DNA of 64,000 bases from Octopus sinensis (taxonomy: Eukaryota): NCBI RefSeq assembly GCF_006345805.1, contig NC_042999.1, positions 60,760,001 through 60,824,000 on the forward strand. The letters are read 5' to 3'. The notes beneath the pieces were generated by a model. The model was not told the origin of the DNA. It saw only the letters and a program-made list of their open reading frames with translations, and did not search any database. Made by a program: the position numbers and the translations under genes. Positions 1 to 13,660 of the stretch are shown here, in pieces (the stretch's first letter is position 1; the number at the start of each line of letters is the position of its first letter).

Positions 1-1100
1 ACATACATGTTAAGGGTAGTGGAGATGGTAGCAAAGCAACATAATGTTTTAGACTCTGTATCTCAATATTAACAGTGACTTCTGCGTTTAGAAATCCTCT
101 GCCACTTCCCTTTCTCGATTGATAGAGTGAGTTGGTATTGCTGTTTTGGGTGGTGTGTGTTCTGCATTAAGTTCTGCAGCTCGACATTTGTCCATTTCTG
201 AAAGGGAGCAGAGCACTTCAATACAGCATGGATTTAATGGTGTTCCCACTATTTAATTATGTTTTGATGACCTTTCTAAATCTCGTCTATTATTCTTTAG
301 TGACTTTTCATTCCTCCTTCCATTAGCCTATCGCCTTGCAGCACTCCTGAATATATCTGCCTTTCGTTATTCCACAGCGATTTAATGATGTTGCCTTGGC
401 TTTTCTTCATAATTAGTACTGCTCGAATGTTTACCCAAAAATACATTACTATATCTATACTGAATTTTTTCGCTGTTTGGCTCAAAGTGTCTAGATTTGT
501 CTCATTTTTTTTCATATATACAGCTCGAGGTCATTTGTATAAAATAGGATATTATTTTTTCGTGTATGATTTAGTAAACTCCGGTCCTGTCTAGAATTTA
601 GCAAATGCCGGTCCTCTATTTTTTCTCAGTATACTTGTCAGAGCTATTGGTGCAATGCCTTGGAGTCATAGAAATGGTGTGTCTCCCTGGAATGTCCTCT
701 TGCATATTTTGACGTTGCCTAGCGATTCGTTGGCACATGTCAATTCGACATCCTACAATCTCATTGCTTTCTCCAAAAAGTTGTTTATCACTTACTGACT
801 GCAGTCGTCCTCAGATACTCCAAAAACCAGCAGTGTGAGAACTGGTAGAAAACCTGCAGTTCCCTACTGATTTCTTCCTACATTTTTTTTTTGCCTCTGT
901 CAGTAGATTCTCCTTTTACAGAAGATTATATACTTCCTCTCCTGTGAGGCCAGTTAATAATTTCCAGAGTAACAGTAAGCAGTGTAATAAGTATATAATT
1001 GCCGGCCTCCCTTCTCTTTCTTTGCCCTTCTGTATCAGTACTGTCCTTCCTATTTGTCATCCATGTTGACGTGCCACTTTTGCCACGCAGTCAGTAAAAA
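1..1100 (-). pseudogene. Decayed non-LTR retrotransposon reverse transcriptase, R4/Dong-like
   Basis: Frameshifted minus-strand translation gives WKLLTG..ENLL..CRKKS..G, LFYTNDLELY (YxDD region, cf. LLYMDDLKLY), KNETNLDTLSQT..F, YSGVLQGDRLMEGGMKS and K.SGRGF..VNIEIQSLKHY. Clade assignment is from recalled motif similarity. Confidence 0.7.
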
Positions 1101-1204
1101 CATGGTCTTATATAACTATGTCTACTTGGGAGAATCTTCAGTTAGAAAAAAACTGGACACACTCAGGTGCAGGGTTTGGTATTTTCTTAAAATCTTTTAA
1201 ATTT

Positions 1205-1373
1205 AATATTATTATTACTATTATTATCATTATTATCATTCTTATTTTTCTTCTTCTTCTTTTCTTCTTCTTCTTCTTCTTCTTCTTCTTCTTCTTCTTC
1301 TTCTTCTTCTTCTTCTTCTTCTTCTTCTCTTCTTCTTCTTCTTCTTCCTTCTTCCTTCTTATTATTATTATTA

Positions 1374-1415
<42 letters not shown>

Positions 1416-1532
1416 TAGTTTTATTTTTATAACGTGCTTTCATTTCCCTACCGAGCGCAGCTCTGTGTGCCTTGGGTATGTGCTGTGATTTGTTGTGATG
1501 CTCTGATGGTTACTGTATTGAAAGTGTTCTGC

Positions 1533-1606
<74 letters not shown>

Positions 1607-1612
1607 TATTTT
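1205..1612. repeat. Compound (TTA)n/(TTC)n/(ATC)n microsatellite
   Basis: Directly visible trinucleotide runs, interrupted at 1411-1533. Confidence 0.95.
1411..1533 (-). mobile_element. Very short 5'-truncated non-LTR 3' end inserted in (TAA)n, probably Dong/R4-like
   Basis: Unique ~123-bp block with (TAA)n on both sides. The minus strand reads RTLSIQ* followed by a UTR that runs into (TAA)n. Confidence 0.5.
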
Positions 1613-1795
1613 TTAGCCGAACAAATGGTTGGTGGTATTTCTTTCTGCTCTTTACGTTTTGCGCTCCAATATTACCGACGTTGACTTTGCCTTTCACCTT
1701 TTCCGGGTCTTTAAAATAAATACCAGTTGAGTACTGATGTCGCTCAAACTAATTCCCTCCCCATAGATGTGAGGCTTTGAACCTATAGAATTAAG
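1612..1795 (+). mobile_element. Degenerate SINE-A copy
   Basis: Contains ttgactttgcctttcac..aaataaataccagttgagtactgatgtcg, matching the SINE-A copies at 14303 and 54388. Confidence 0.65.
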
Positions 1796-2591
1796 GATTG
1801 TTATCATTATTATTACTATGCGCTCGTCCATTGTTTTGCTGTTTTTGCACTAAGAAACGCAGGATGATCTTGACTCATCCTCGTTAGCTGCAACCGTTGT
1901 CATAAAACCTCGGCCTATATTCCATTGTCCACGCTGTTTGTAACTACATTATAGTTCACTTATTTTGTGATCGAACAATAAGATATACACATAAAAGATA
2001 CTCAAACAAAATTAAGTAATCAAATAAATATAAATATTATTTCATTTGGAATTATGACAGCCATATTTAGTACTCATGAACTGGTGGTATTTATCATTAA
2101 TTATTTAATTATTAATCAACTGTTTTTATGTATACATATTATTATAACATTAGCTGTTAATTTCTAAACTAATTCTTCAATTCTCTTGCTTTATATATAC
2201 ATATATATGTATGTGTGAAAGCATGCTTGTGTTCATAGAATTTTGCTAATACACACTATCTATTAGCTGCAGTAAAATCGAAATACCATGTGAAGTATAT
2301 TATCCCTGTGATTTTCATATCAGAAGAAAGAGAAAAAAATCATAAAAGCATAATTTTGCATATTATATCGCCCTTACATTGCAGAGAGAATTACACTGGA
2401 AAATATATGCATTGTTCCTGACTTTCATATTGTCACATTAACAAGAGTGAATTTCATTCATATTTCTACTTTATTATTAAATATCCTGTAGAATATTAAG
2501 CATGAATCAACTAGTAATGAACATTCTCTCTTGATACTTATTAGAAAATGAATATCATTGATATATATATGTGTGTATGTGTATATATACA

Positions 2592-2653
<62 letters not shown>

Positions 2654-2677
2654 GTGTGTGTGTGTGTGTGTGTGTGC

Positions 2678-2719
<42 letters not shown>

Positions 2720-2770
2720 TATAAAGATATGTATATATATATATATATACACACATACATACATGCATAC

Positions 2771-2825
<55 letters not shown>

Positions 2826-3454
2826 ATATATATTATATATATACTTATACAAATGACCGAATATGCACTTACGTTTAATACTTTTATTACTGCGCATGCT
2901 GATAAAACTTGATGACTCCATTTCCTCGTTTTTTTTTATTCATTACCTGCAGTTTACAATGATATAATGTTTTCTAAATGTCGTTATTATTGTTTTCCAA
3001 GAAGCTCAACGCTCGGTGATATTAAATTTATTGTTCAATTTTATTCCGTAATATCTTAATGGTAATTTCTGTTATATAAGTTGACAGCTGCTGTGTTTTT
3101 ATGAACAATTTTAGTAATATATTGCATCAGAAAATTATTAAAATACTTCACAAGTTAAAATATATCCAAAACGAACACAGAAATTATCATGCAGTCATTG
3201 AAAGACACAGATACTAGCAATGAGATGTTCACAGGCATACGCAGTTAATACATACATTTTTACGTTCGTGTATTTATATTTTTATGGGTGTATATCTATA
3301 TAAAACATTTTGCAACCAGTGCAAGTTAAAGTATTGTTACCAAAGATTTCATATTTTGTACCTACACGTGTGTATTTTAACATGCTTAGAAATATGGAAA
3401 ATGAATGAGCTAAATTTCTTTACAGTCTCTGGTTTTATCTTCGGAATCCTTTCA

Positions 3455-3680
3455 TTCATTTATTCCTTTACTTGTTTCATTCATTTGACTGCGGCTATGC
3501 CGCAGCAATGCCTGGAAGGGACTTAGTCGAACATATCAACCCTAGGACTTATTTTTAGGCCTACTTCTTATTCTATCGGACTCCTTTGCCGATCCGTTGC
3601 GTTACGGGAACGTAAACACACCAACACCGATTGTCAAGCAACGATGGAATGACAAACTCAGGCACAAACACACACATGCA
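3455..3680 (-). mobile_element. SINE-B 3' half
   Basis: Reverse complement of the tail seen at 28560-28766 (..gcagtcaaatgaatgaaacaagtaaa). Confidence 0.7.
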
Positions 3681-3707
3681 CACACACACACAGACAACAC
3701 ATATACA

Positions 3708-3780
<73 letters not shown>

Positions 3781-3981
3781 ACAAATGATGGTGAAAATTT
3801 GATATTAATTTATAATACTATCAATTTAACACCAAGTGGCTTAGCACATAAAAAACAGGGATACAATACAAATTTATACATAAATATGAGAGAGTAACCA
3901 CTATGTAACTGTTAAATTTTGACGCAGAGTCAAACACACGTGCGGTTCAATCGATTGTATTAATAAATTGTATTTTAGACA

Positions 3982-4059
3982 AACTTCTGCTGATGAATTA
4001 GAGATGTTATGTAAGTAAAATTGCAAATTACATTAATAATGAAACAATTGTCCAGAGTT
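3982..4059 (+). ncRNA. Type I hammerhead ribozyme candidate (PLE pLTR/retrozyme-like)
   Basis: aac(t)tctg CTGATGA atta..taat GAA ACAATTGT C cagagtt. Stem I is aacttctg/cagagtt with one bulge, stem II is atta/taat, stem III is palindromic ACAATTGT, and GUC cleavage is predicted after 4052. Confidence 0.7.
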
Positions 4060-4489
4060 AATCTATTTTTTCGTTATTTTTCACTTGTCCTACGTTAAAT
4101 GTTGTGTTATTTCTCCTTGGAAACAATTTTTAGTGGCTATACCATAGCGGATCTATTTTTAGCACTAGAGTCGACCACATAGTGGTTACTCTCTCATATT
4201 TATGTATATATATATATATGTATGTATGTATATATATATATGTATATATGTATATATACATACACACACACATATATAATTGGAAATAGATGCGTCGCGT
4301 TCAATTAAGTAATAAGTAATAAATAATATATATACATGCATATATGAGTTCAGGACGTGACGAGCGCTGCAAATAACATGAAATATGACAACAACGAGAA
4401 AAAAAGGAGTAAACAAAACAAGTAAATACAGTGAAATGACATTTCATCAGTTGTAGGCTGTCTATCTTCTCATTTCGAGCATTCAACGA

Positions 4490-4930
4490 CAATATGAGTC
4501 GCCAAAGACAGTTCATCATTGAAGTGGTGGGTGGCGTCCTTATTAACGATCTCTATGTTGGCTGATAGTTTGGAAACCTGTTTGCTAATGCCTGAAAACA
4601 GGTTTTTAATTACAGCGGATGTGGGGTGAGGTCTTGTGAATATATACCGTTTCTTTATTAGGTTTCTTGTAGGGGTAGATTTTGCTCGTGTTCAGGTCTA
4701 ATGTTACGTCTCAGAAATCGACCGTAGTCATTTTGGTATTAACAGTTATGGACAGGACCAACTCTGAACAGTTTTGTCGAGCACTAGCTGAACATGTTCA
4801 TTGCGTGGCCATTCATATGATTTGAGGTAGCTCGGCCATCATCCCTATAAAGGAACGATCTATGTAGGTGGGTACGTCTCCTGAGAGTAGCCAAAATGTA
4901 TAAACCAAGGAGGCCGAAGACTAGAAACAC
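4490..4930 (-). pseudogene. Penelope-like element RT C-terminal remnant
   Basis: Minus strand reads DF*DVTLDLNTSKIYPYKKPNKETVYIHKTSPH, resembling the PLE motif FLDVTLDL..GKY.PYRKPN..YIH..SNHP. Confidence 0.65.
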
Positions 4931-6486
4931 GTTTGAAACTCAGACTACCAAGGCGTTACATACATGTAACTCCCAATGAATATGTTGAATGTCTTTCTTT
5001 CATTTGTCTACTCGTGTGTATATATATATATGTATAGATAGATAGATCGATAGATATACGATGGGTTTCTTTTAGTTTCTGTCTAACGAATCCACTCAGA
5101 AGGCTTTGGCCGATGTTACAGTACTCTGAATCACGTGGTTGAGAAGCAAGTTTCTTACCACACAGCCAAAAAACATTTGTTTGAATAGCTGAAAATTTTA
5201 TGGGACATTGATACATCAATAGAGATAACGCGATGGGGGTAAGAATATAACAGCGATGTGGGAATTAAGGATGTTTGAAAAGAAAGCAAAGCAAAGGGAT
5301 AAGTTAAGGAAGTCAGGTGGGAAAAGAAGGAGTACCGATGAAGTATACCTGTATCGAAACGTTTTCAGATCTACGCGCATGAGTACACTATCGGCCGGAT
5401 GAGGATGATATTTAGCTTGAAAATATCAGATGATTTTCAAAGTGCTCGCATTTCCTGACAATTCTGTGATGTGTTAATTAGAGGTCTTATTTACATAGCT
5501 TTCTGGAGATTTTCCTATTAACTACTGTTGAAAGATCAAACTTTTTTTTTCCCATTGTTAGCACTTGTGTCTTTCAGTTATTTTCTGAATACTTTGGCAT
5601 TGCACATCATAATTTAATTATCGAATGTAGCCATTTAATATTATCGTTTTCATTCTTATATGTCTAAAAGAATATGAAGCTTTAGAAAGTATTTCTTGAT
5701 ATTTCTCTTGTCGTGCTTATATAGCGCTTAGGTGCCATTTCAACGTTTGGTTATACAGAAATGATGCCTGCCTCATAATATATCGTTTTGTTAATGTAGA
5801 ATGTAAGTTTCTATTAGTTTGCTGGAACGGGTATGGAGAATAGTAAATCTGGGTTGGTGGCTGCCATATTAAGTTCTCCATGTTTGTGGTGCAACTGTAG
5901 ATTAGCTTCAGATTATGTCTGCAAAGAGATCTATATGATGCGCAGGGATGGGTTTTATATATTAGCATTCTAATAAAGTGAAAGGGGAAGTGAAAAACGT
6001 TTGGGTAACTCGTTTCAGCTTTAGTTGAAGACGAGAATTAAGTTATGCACGTCATTTTATCTCAAACCGGTAAATCAATATCATAGTAATTGTTTTAGAG
6101 GGCAGACTGCAAATGCACCTACTAATGATATAGATGCGGTTCTTAAAACATGTTACAAGTCCCGAAGAAAAAATATTTTCTATGGGACATGTTATTGATT
6201 CAGTTGTTAGATCCGAGGGTAATGTTAGCCCTTAAAATATAATGTAATGACAACTGATTGAGCAATTGGTTATATATGCTTGAAAGTTCAATGTTCTAAA
6301 ATTTTAGGTGTTGTCTTTAGATAATGTCATCTTATAATTAGCGTATTTGATTTTTCATATAGGAAACCCGTCATTTTTGCAAAGCGCGCACACTATAGTA
6401 GTGTTTCTGAGGCATAATCCTACAAGATTACATATAGATGAGCACTCTTATAGCCCTAGACCGGTATGAAAGAAGGATATACCGAA

Positions 6487-6546
6487 ATGCTAATGCATAC
6501 AATATATCCATCTGACAGTATGGATTTTTAGTGCAAATATCAAATA

Positions 6547-6607
<61 letters not shown>

Positions 6608-6659
6608 ATTTGCACTAAAAATCCATACTGTCAGATGGATATATTGTATGCATTAGCAT
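6487..6659. repeat. Inverted repeat with 56-bp arms around (AT)n
   Basis: 6487-6542 is the exact reverse complement of 6604-6659. Confidence 0.9.
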
Positions 6660-6967
6660 ACAATATAAATTAGGGTATCTACGAGATACCACCATGCTGA
6701 AAATAGCAGCCATGATCTGACTTTAAAACCACCTTCATTTTCCATATATCAACAAGGAGAGAAAACAAAGAGACAAGATGAAACTAGTAACACATTACTG
6801 TATAATTCTAGATCCCGGATTTTTGGTTTGCATTTAGGAATGCTTTGCCTCGTCAGTAGAATGCACACAGAAGAGAAACATAAATGTATATATGTATAAA
6901 TATATATAAGCACAACATACGAATACTTACATATACGAACGTATACCCACATATATATACATGTATG

Positions 6968-7243
6968 CATCATGGCCAGTTCAAAATGCCCGCCGTTTAA
7001 TTCCATATGCAATATGGTCAAAATATCGCCGCAGTAAATACGGTGACGAAATAAATTTAGATTTATATAAATAAGGATAAGATCGTTAATTTAAAAATAA
7101 AACAACGATTTAATCAAGTGGTCAGCATGGAAAAAATAACCTTCAAAGGTAATAATTATTAAAATTATAAATTAAGGGATCTACGAGGTACCACCATGCT
7201 GAAAATAGCAGCCATGATCTGACTCTTTGAACTGGCCATGATG
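6968..7243. mobile_element. MITE-like element with 18-bp terminal inverted repeats
   Basis: CATCATGGCCAGTTCAAA (6968-6985) and TTTGAACTGGCCATGATG (7226-7243). An internal ~55-bp segment recurs at ~6668-6725. No clear TSD. Confidence 0.5.
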
Positions 7244-7745
7244 TGAAATTTGTCTTGTCTTTTTGTGGAGGTGATGGTGGTGGTCATGGCGGAGGTGGTG
7301 CTGATGTTTGTGACGGAGTTGTCCGTAGTGGTAGTTGAGCTGTCGTCTGGGTGCTTTCAATTTTTTGTGTGTCGGTGGCGGTGTTTGCGTTCATTGCACC
7401 TGTGTTGATTCTCCCCTTCTTCCCTCCTTCATGAAGCTGTGGTGAAGGCAGTGTAGGGAAATCAACGTCGTAAGCGTTGTCAAGGAAACCAGCGTTCTTT
7501 TCAACAACGACTTCATGGCTTGAAGACGCCATGTTCAAAACAGAAATGGTTTAGAAAGCCGAAAACAAATTTACAAAATCGGGAAACATGCCATACAGGG
7601 CAGGTTTCCCGTGCAGAGAATTTGCACAACCGAATGTATTAGTTGTTGCACAACTTTTACATAAAAATATTATCAAAACACAAACTTTTGAAGGCAATAA
7701 AAGGCAAACTTACTACGAGCCGATGTGACTATCGTCCGTCCATAA
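7244..7745 (-). mobile_element. Probable 5' end (UTR plus ORF1 N-terminus) of a Tx1-like LINE, 3'-truncated
   Basis: ATG at 7532 starts MASSSHEVVVEKNAGFLDNAYDVDFPTLPSPQ, a low-complexity T/P-rich N-terminus. It begins right after a short (TCTA)3 that follows the 3' end of the adjacent Tx1 copy. Confidence 0.45.
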
Positions 7746-7757
7746 GATAGATAGATA

Positions 7758-8209
7758 TGTTTTTATTATGGCCACACGGGGCTAAACACAGTAAATAGAC
7801 GAAATACAATGTAGAGTTTTCCTTTTCGAGGTGGGATGGGTGGGACACATAAAAGAAAATGTCCGGTCAATAGGGATCGTTGGGCTGTGTTATTTACAAA
7901 AAGGAAAGACATATATAAATATTTAAAGTTCCAAAAAAAGTGGCGGGAACGATATTGTTTACAGTTTAGGTGTAGCCTTGGAAAGAAAAACCTATAACAA
8001 AGACCAAGGTTACCTCAGGCAGTTCAAAGTGTCCATAAGAGTAAGAACCTTTCCTCTCATTTTCTCTTTTTGTTACAGATTTATGCTTAAAATGGTGCCG
8101 TCCTTTATACTGACCATTCCTGCCAGATTTACCCATTTTTTATTGAAACTTTCATTCGACAATATTTTTCCTCTCTATTCTCATCCATCTTTTCAAGTGG
8201 TACTTGAAA
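7758..8209 (-). mobile_element. 5'-truncated Tx1-like LINE (ORF2 C-terminus plus 3' UTR) in (TCTA)n
   Basis: Reads FKYHLKRWMRIERK..KKWVNLAGMVSIKDGTILSINL*. Homologous to 48772-49377. (GATA)n on both sides. Confidence 0.7.
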
Positions 8210-8234
8210 GATAGATAGATAGATAGATAGATAT

Positions 8235-8330
<96 letters not shown>
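8210..8330. repeat. (GATA)n microsatellite
   Basis: Directly visible. Confidence 0.95.
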
Positions 8331-8902
8331 ATATACGCAAATGTTGATATATATGTACAAGATATTATGTATATTTTTTGAACTTTAGAGCGCTAGATAG
8401 TAGCATTTCCGATATGGAACTGTTTAAATGTTAAAATAAAATAGGTGCGATTACTGTTGATTCTATAGAATCTGCTAATAGTACAACTAATATCATAGCA
8501 GTCTGGTGTCTTCGCAATGGCATAATTAATATCATTTACAATTGCTGTCGGTCAGCCTATATTGTAGAAGACGCATAATTTTCATTTTGTCATAAGATTT
8601 TCAGTTTCTGTCTGGTTTTAGTTGTTTTCCTCTCTTTTTCACCTCATTATGTATGTTATCATAGCAGCGGAAGTTCTATATACTTTTAAACAATGTTGTT
8701 GTTGAGATGTCTGTGAATTGTAGTGTCAATTTGATGTAAGTTTCTACTTGTCTTTCATCTTAGACGTATTTCTCTGGGGTTTTTTAAAATTTGTCTACAT
8801 TTAAATTTACTTTCCAATGGATAATTGAATGTATGAATTGGTCTAATTCAAAGCGTACTTTTGGTGATGAAGTTTCACGTTTTTAATACCAGAGATGAAT
8901 AA

Positions 8903-9097
8903 GGCGGCGAGCTTTCTGAATCATGAAGCACGCCCGACAAAATAATTAACAACATTCCGTCCGTCTTCATGCTCTAAGGTTAACTTTGCCTTCCAACCCT
9001 TCGAGATCGATAGAATAATCACCAATTGAGCACTAAGGTTGATGTAATCAACTTCCTCCTTCTCCAAAATTGCTGAACTCACGCCAAAAGTTAAAAC

Positions 9098-9098
<1 letters not shown>
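8903..9098 (+). mobile_element. Degenerate SINE-A copy
   Basis: ggcggcgagct..gttaactttgccttccaacccttcgagatcgatagaataa, followed by an (ATT)n tail. Confidence 0.65.
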
Positions 9099-9130
<32 letters not shown>

Positions 9131-9142
9131 CATTATTATCAT

Positions 9143-9207
<65 letters not shown>

Positions 9208-9349
9208 CAAGTATTACTAGTACTATTGCTGCTGCTGCGCTGCTGCCACAACCACTCCTACTACTATTACTACTACTACTACTGCTACTACTACTACTAC
9301 TACTAATAATAATAATAATATAATAATAAATAATAATAATAATATAATA

Positions 9350-9403
<54 letters not shown>

Positions 9404-9509
9404 CAACAGTAACAATAATAATAAGACGAAGAAGAAGAAGAAAAAGAAGAAGAAGAGGAAAAAATATCAATAGTAAGATTAGCAGTAGCTGTTGTAGCAG
9501 CAGCAGCAC

Positions 9510-9572
<63 letters not shown>

Positions 9573-9792
9573 GAGGAGGAGGAGGAGGAGGAGGAGGAGG
9601 AGGAGGGCGAGAAGCAGCAGCAGCAGTATTGTACTTTTGAGTCAAGCGAAGACTCAGGCGCCGAGGTTGACTTTGAGTTTCATATTTTCGAGTTCGATAA
9701 AATAAGTACGAGTTGAGTACTGGGGTAGGGATACCCAGAATCCAAGTCTCGTGTCTATTAGCAGAAATTATTATTATTATTATTATTATTAT

Positions 9793-9860
<68 letters not shown>

Positions 9861-9861
9861 T

Positions 9862-9893
<32 letters not shown>

Positions 9894-9910
9894 TTATTAT
9901 TATCATCATT
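9099..9910. repeat. Large compound trinucleotide array (ATT, AGT, ACT, AAT, AAG, AGG, AGC) with an embedded SINE-like segment at ~9625-9765
   Basis: Directly visible; source of the poly-amino-acid ORFs in the track. Confidence 0.9.
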
Positions 9911-11231
9911 ATTTTCGCTTTATCATAAGTTTTGTTGGAGCTCCTGGAGTTTCGACTACCAGCAGCCTTCACTACTCCGAGAAGCTCATGTTTCTCACCG
10001 ACCACTAGACTTGTATATATTGCTACCATAAACCTGCCACCGATTGTAAAGCTTGACTTGTAGAGAGTAGTGAGCGGCGAGTTTCTCCTCTCCTTATCTT
10101 AGTCTGATATCTACTCTCACTTTCTACATACTTACACTCACATAAATTCACGCACACACACACACATTCACCTATACATATGTATGTATGTATCATTGTA
10201 TAAGACAGGTTTTGCTGTCTTACATTGATCGAAGCTACAGTAGAAAAGTATTTACTGAAAGTATCACATACTGTGATAGATCTAGGATCATCGTAGTTGC
10301 AAAGCGAACATCTTAGCTACGTAGCAATACACTAGCTTGTACTTTACACATATGCACTGAGAAAAAAAAGATGTCATTTCTGCTACGAAATGTAAGCAAT
10401 ATCATACCCCGTTTCCTGCTTTTTACATTTCTCCTTTCCTCTAAATGTCTTCATCACAAAGTAATATATTCGTTTCTAAATCTCAGCATTATTGCTTTTC
10501 CAGAAGATCAGACAAAAATGTTCATATTAAATTTATTGTTTATGTTATTGCAATATAATTTAATGGTTTTGTTTTATTTAACTTAACTCGACAGGTGCAG
10601 TGTCCATGAACAACATCAAGTAATATATGCATCTCTTATGGAAGTTTATGCTCCAAGACTTACCAGTAAAAGAAATTTTGCCAAAGTTATATTTTATTCG
10701 TATCTGCGTGACGTTTTAAGGAGAATACACTATCACAACAATATTTATATGATGTAAGATTTTAATGCAAGTTCATTCGTCATAATTTAGCCTGGAGTCA
10801 TGTTCCTCGTAGCTATAGCATTGGCAAAGTTAACAACTGAAGTAGGTTTTGTTCTTTATTTTCTACAGAAACTTTCAACTTTTCGTATGCAAATGTAAAT
10901 TATAAATCTCTCAGATATAAAAACAAACCATTGGATATACAAAAGATAAGGTGACTACCATCTGTTTTATTATGTTACTGTTTATTATCGTTATCACAGA
11001 GATATAAAATCTCGATTGTTCAAACGTTGAAGAAAGTTGTTCGAACTATAGTTTGATATATCGAAGTGTAAGACAATCAGAATGCAACAATTATGGAAAA
11101 TAAATCACTCTAAGTTAAATAAAACACTTATATGTGACCATTGCCAGAGATCATTTTAAAAATGATTGCATTTTCTACTTTGCGAGAAGTGCCTTATGGA
11201 GAAATAACAGACGATATGTACGAATCTTGCG

Positions 11232-11493
11232 TGACTGTGTGGTAAGAAGCTTCCTTTCAAAACACATGGTTGGGGGTTCAGTCCCACTGTGTGGCACATT
11301 GAACAAGTGTTTCCTACTATAGCCTCGAGAAGACCAAAGCCCTGTGAGTGGATTTGGTACACGGAAACTGAAAGAAGCCCGTCGTAAATATATATATATA
11401 CATACATACATACACACATACATGCATGCATGCATGCATACATACATACATCCATACATCCATACATCCATACATACATACATACATACATAC

Positions 11494-11525
<32 letters not shown>

Positions 11526-11665
11526 CGTATCTGTGTTCGTTCCCCATCATTATTTGACAAACGATGGTGTGTTTACCTCCCCGTAACCTAGCGGTTAGGC
11601 AGTGGAGACAGATAGTATAAGTACTGGGTTTACAAAGAATAGGTTCTGGGGGCTCTTTCTTCGAC
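11232..11665 (+). mobile_element. SINE-B copy
   Basis: tRNA-like head (gactgtgtggtaag..ggttcagtcccactgtgtggcacattgaacaagtgt), internal (CATA)n, 3' half. Confidence 0.8.
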
Positions 11666-11864
11666 TAAAAGTCACAGTGAAATTGGAAAACAAATTATCT
11701 TTAACAATAGCAACATCCCTATAAGTTATTTACGCGAAAGTAAATGTTAGGTTTTGTCATATGTGATGATTACTCCAAGTGATGTAACATATACATTGCC
11801 CAAACCGCATTCCCGTATTTGAAACTATCTTCATGTTTAGACAATACTTGCTCACCGTTTACAA

Positions 11865-12330
<466 letters not shown>

Positions 12331-13053
12331 ACGTCATGTCGAATCAACATTTAATTTTCTATTCACATATCGCTGAAGATGCACCGATAATACACGCAAA
12401 TATCCAAGAATACATCCTATAAAGGTATATACAGCTGTTTTAGAAAGCCCACCTCAACAACACATTACAGCCAAGGGCCTACTAAAACACCGTTACCGTG
12501 TTCTGTGCTTCAGAATGTACTAATATATCCGCAGTTTCCCTGTATTAGCTAGCTGCGTAACATCTGTTTCTTTGATGGTACTGTATTTCTTACAACCATG
12601 ATGTATATCTCCCAACACATTCTATTCAAAATAATTTGTGTAATATTTAGTTCTTTGCGGAGCAAACTCTGAACTTCTGTCTCTAGTCACGATTCTTATG
12701 AAGACATCGTCGTAGAGATCTTCAAAAATTATATCAGCAAAACCAATTCGAACAACCGATAGGAGCAAAAAGAGGCAAACAACACCGACTCTTCTTCTAA
12801 TTGATGAACGCACACATGCGTAAATATAAATATATGCGTGTGTGGTTTAACACACAAGCACACACATAAACATAAAGCATTTTCCGCCTGTACGCACTAA
12901 TATGCGTATGACCGTGTATGCAACAATTTGTGTTGGACTATACTCATATTATATAAACAGAGGTTTACGAAAACACACTCAGATATATTTTATATATGTA
13001 TGTATAGACATACTTACATAGATACACACACACATATATGTATATATGTATAT

Positions 13054-13107
<54 letters not shown>

Positions 13108-13591
13108 ATATCTTTGCGTACATATGCGTATGTATGTTTCTATGCATAAAAAGATGAATGAACTCGCGTTTCATCTCAGGAAGCTAATTATAGAACGCTA
13201 AGAATGAAACGGAGATATCGTCAATTATTTTCCTCTGATAGGTAATTTCGTGCCCAAACCATTCAGACACAAACGGATTCTTATAAGTAATACTCTGACA
13301 TCAAGCGAAAAAGGTCAGTGGATATATATATCAAATAACTCTCGGTTGATCGAATATATTGTTATTAATATATTCCACCGTAGGCCTGAGAATACCAGAT
13401 ACGATTTCCATAACCAATATAATTGTTATAATGGTCAATCATAAAATCTCTAAGAAGCCTAAAAACATTTATGAAAATCAATAAGTACTGATAATGATAA
13501 CTATATAGTTACATAAATAACTCTATGTGTTTTGTGTGTATGTATGTATATGTATATATAGGGGTGTATAAAAATACACACACCACACATA

Positions 13592-13660
<69 letters not shown>

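Noticed and set aside
5336-5380. Hammerhead-like ccgatga..gaaacgtt
   Set aside because: The core is mutated (CCGA) and no stem I pairing is present; at most a fossil.
12622-12813. ORF resembling a signal peptide (MRSSIRRRVGVVCLFLLL..)
   Set aside because: It starts at GTG, is short, and has no splice or homology support.
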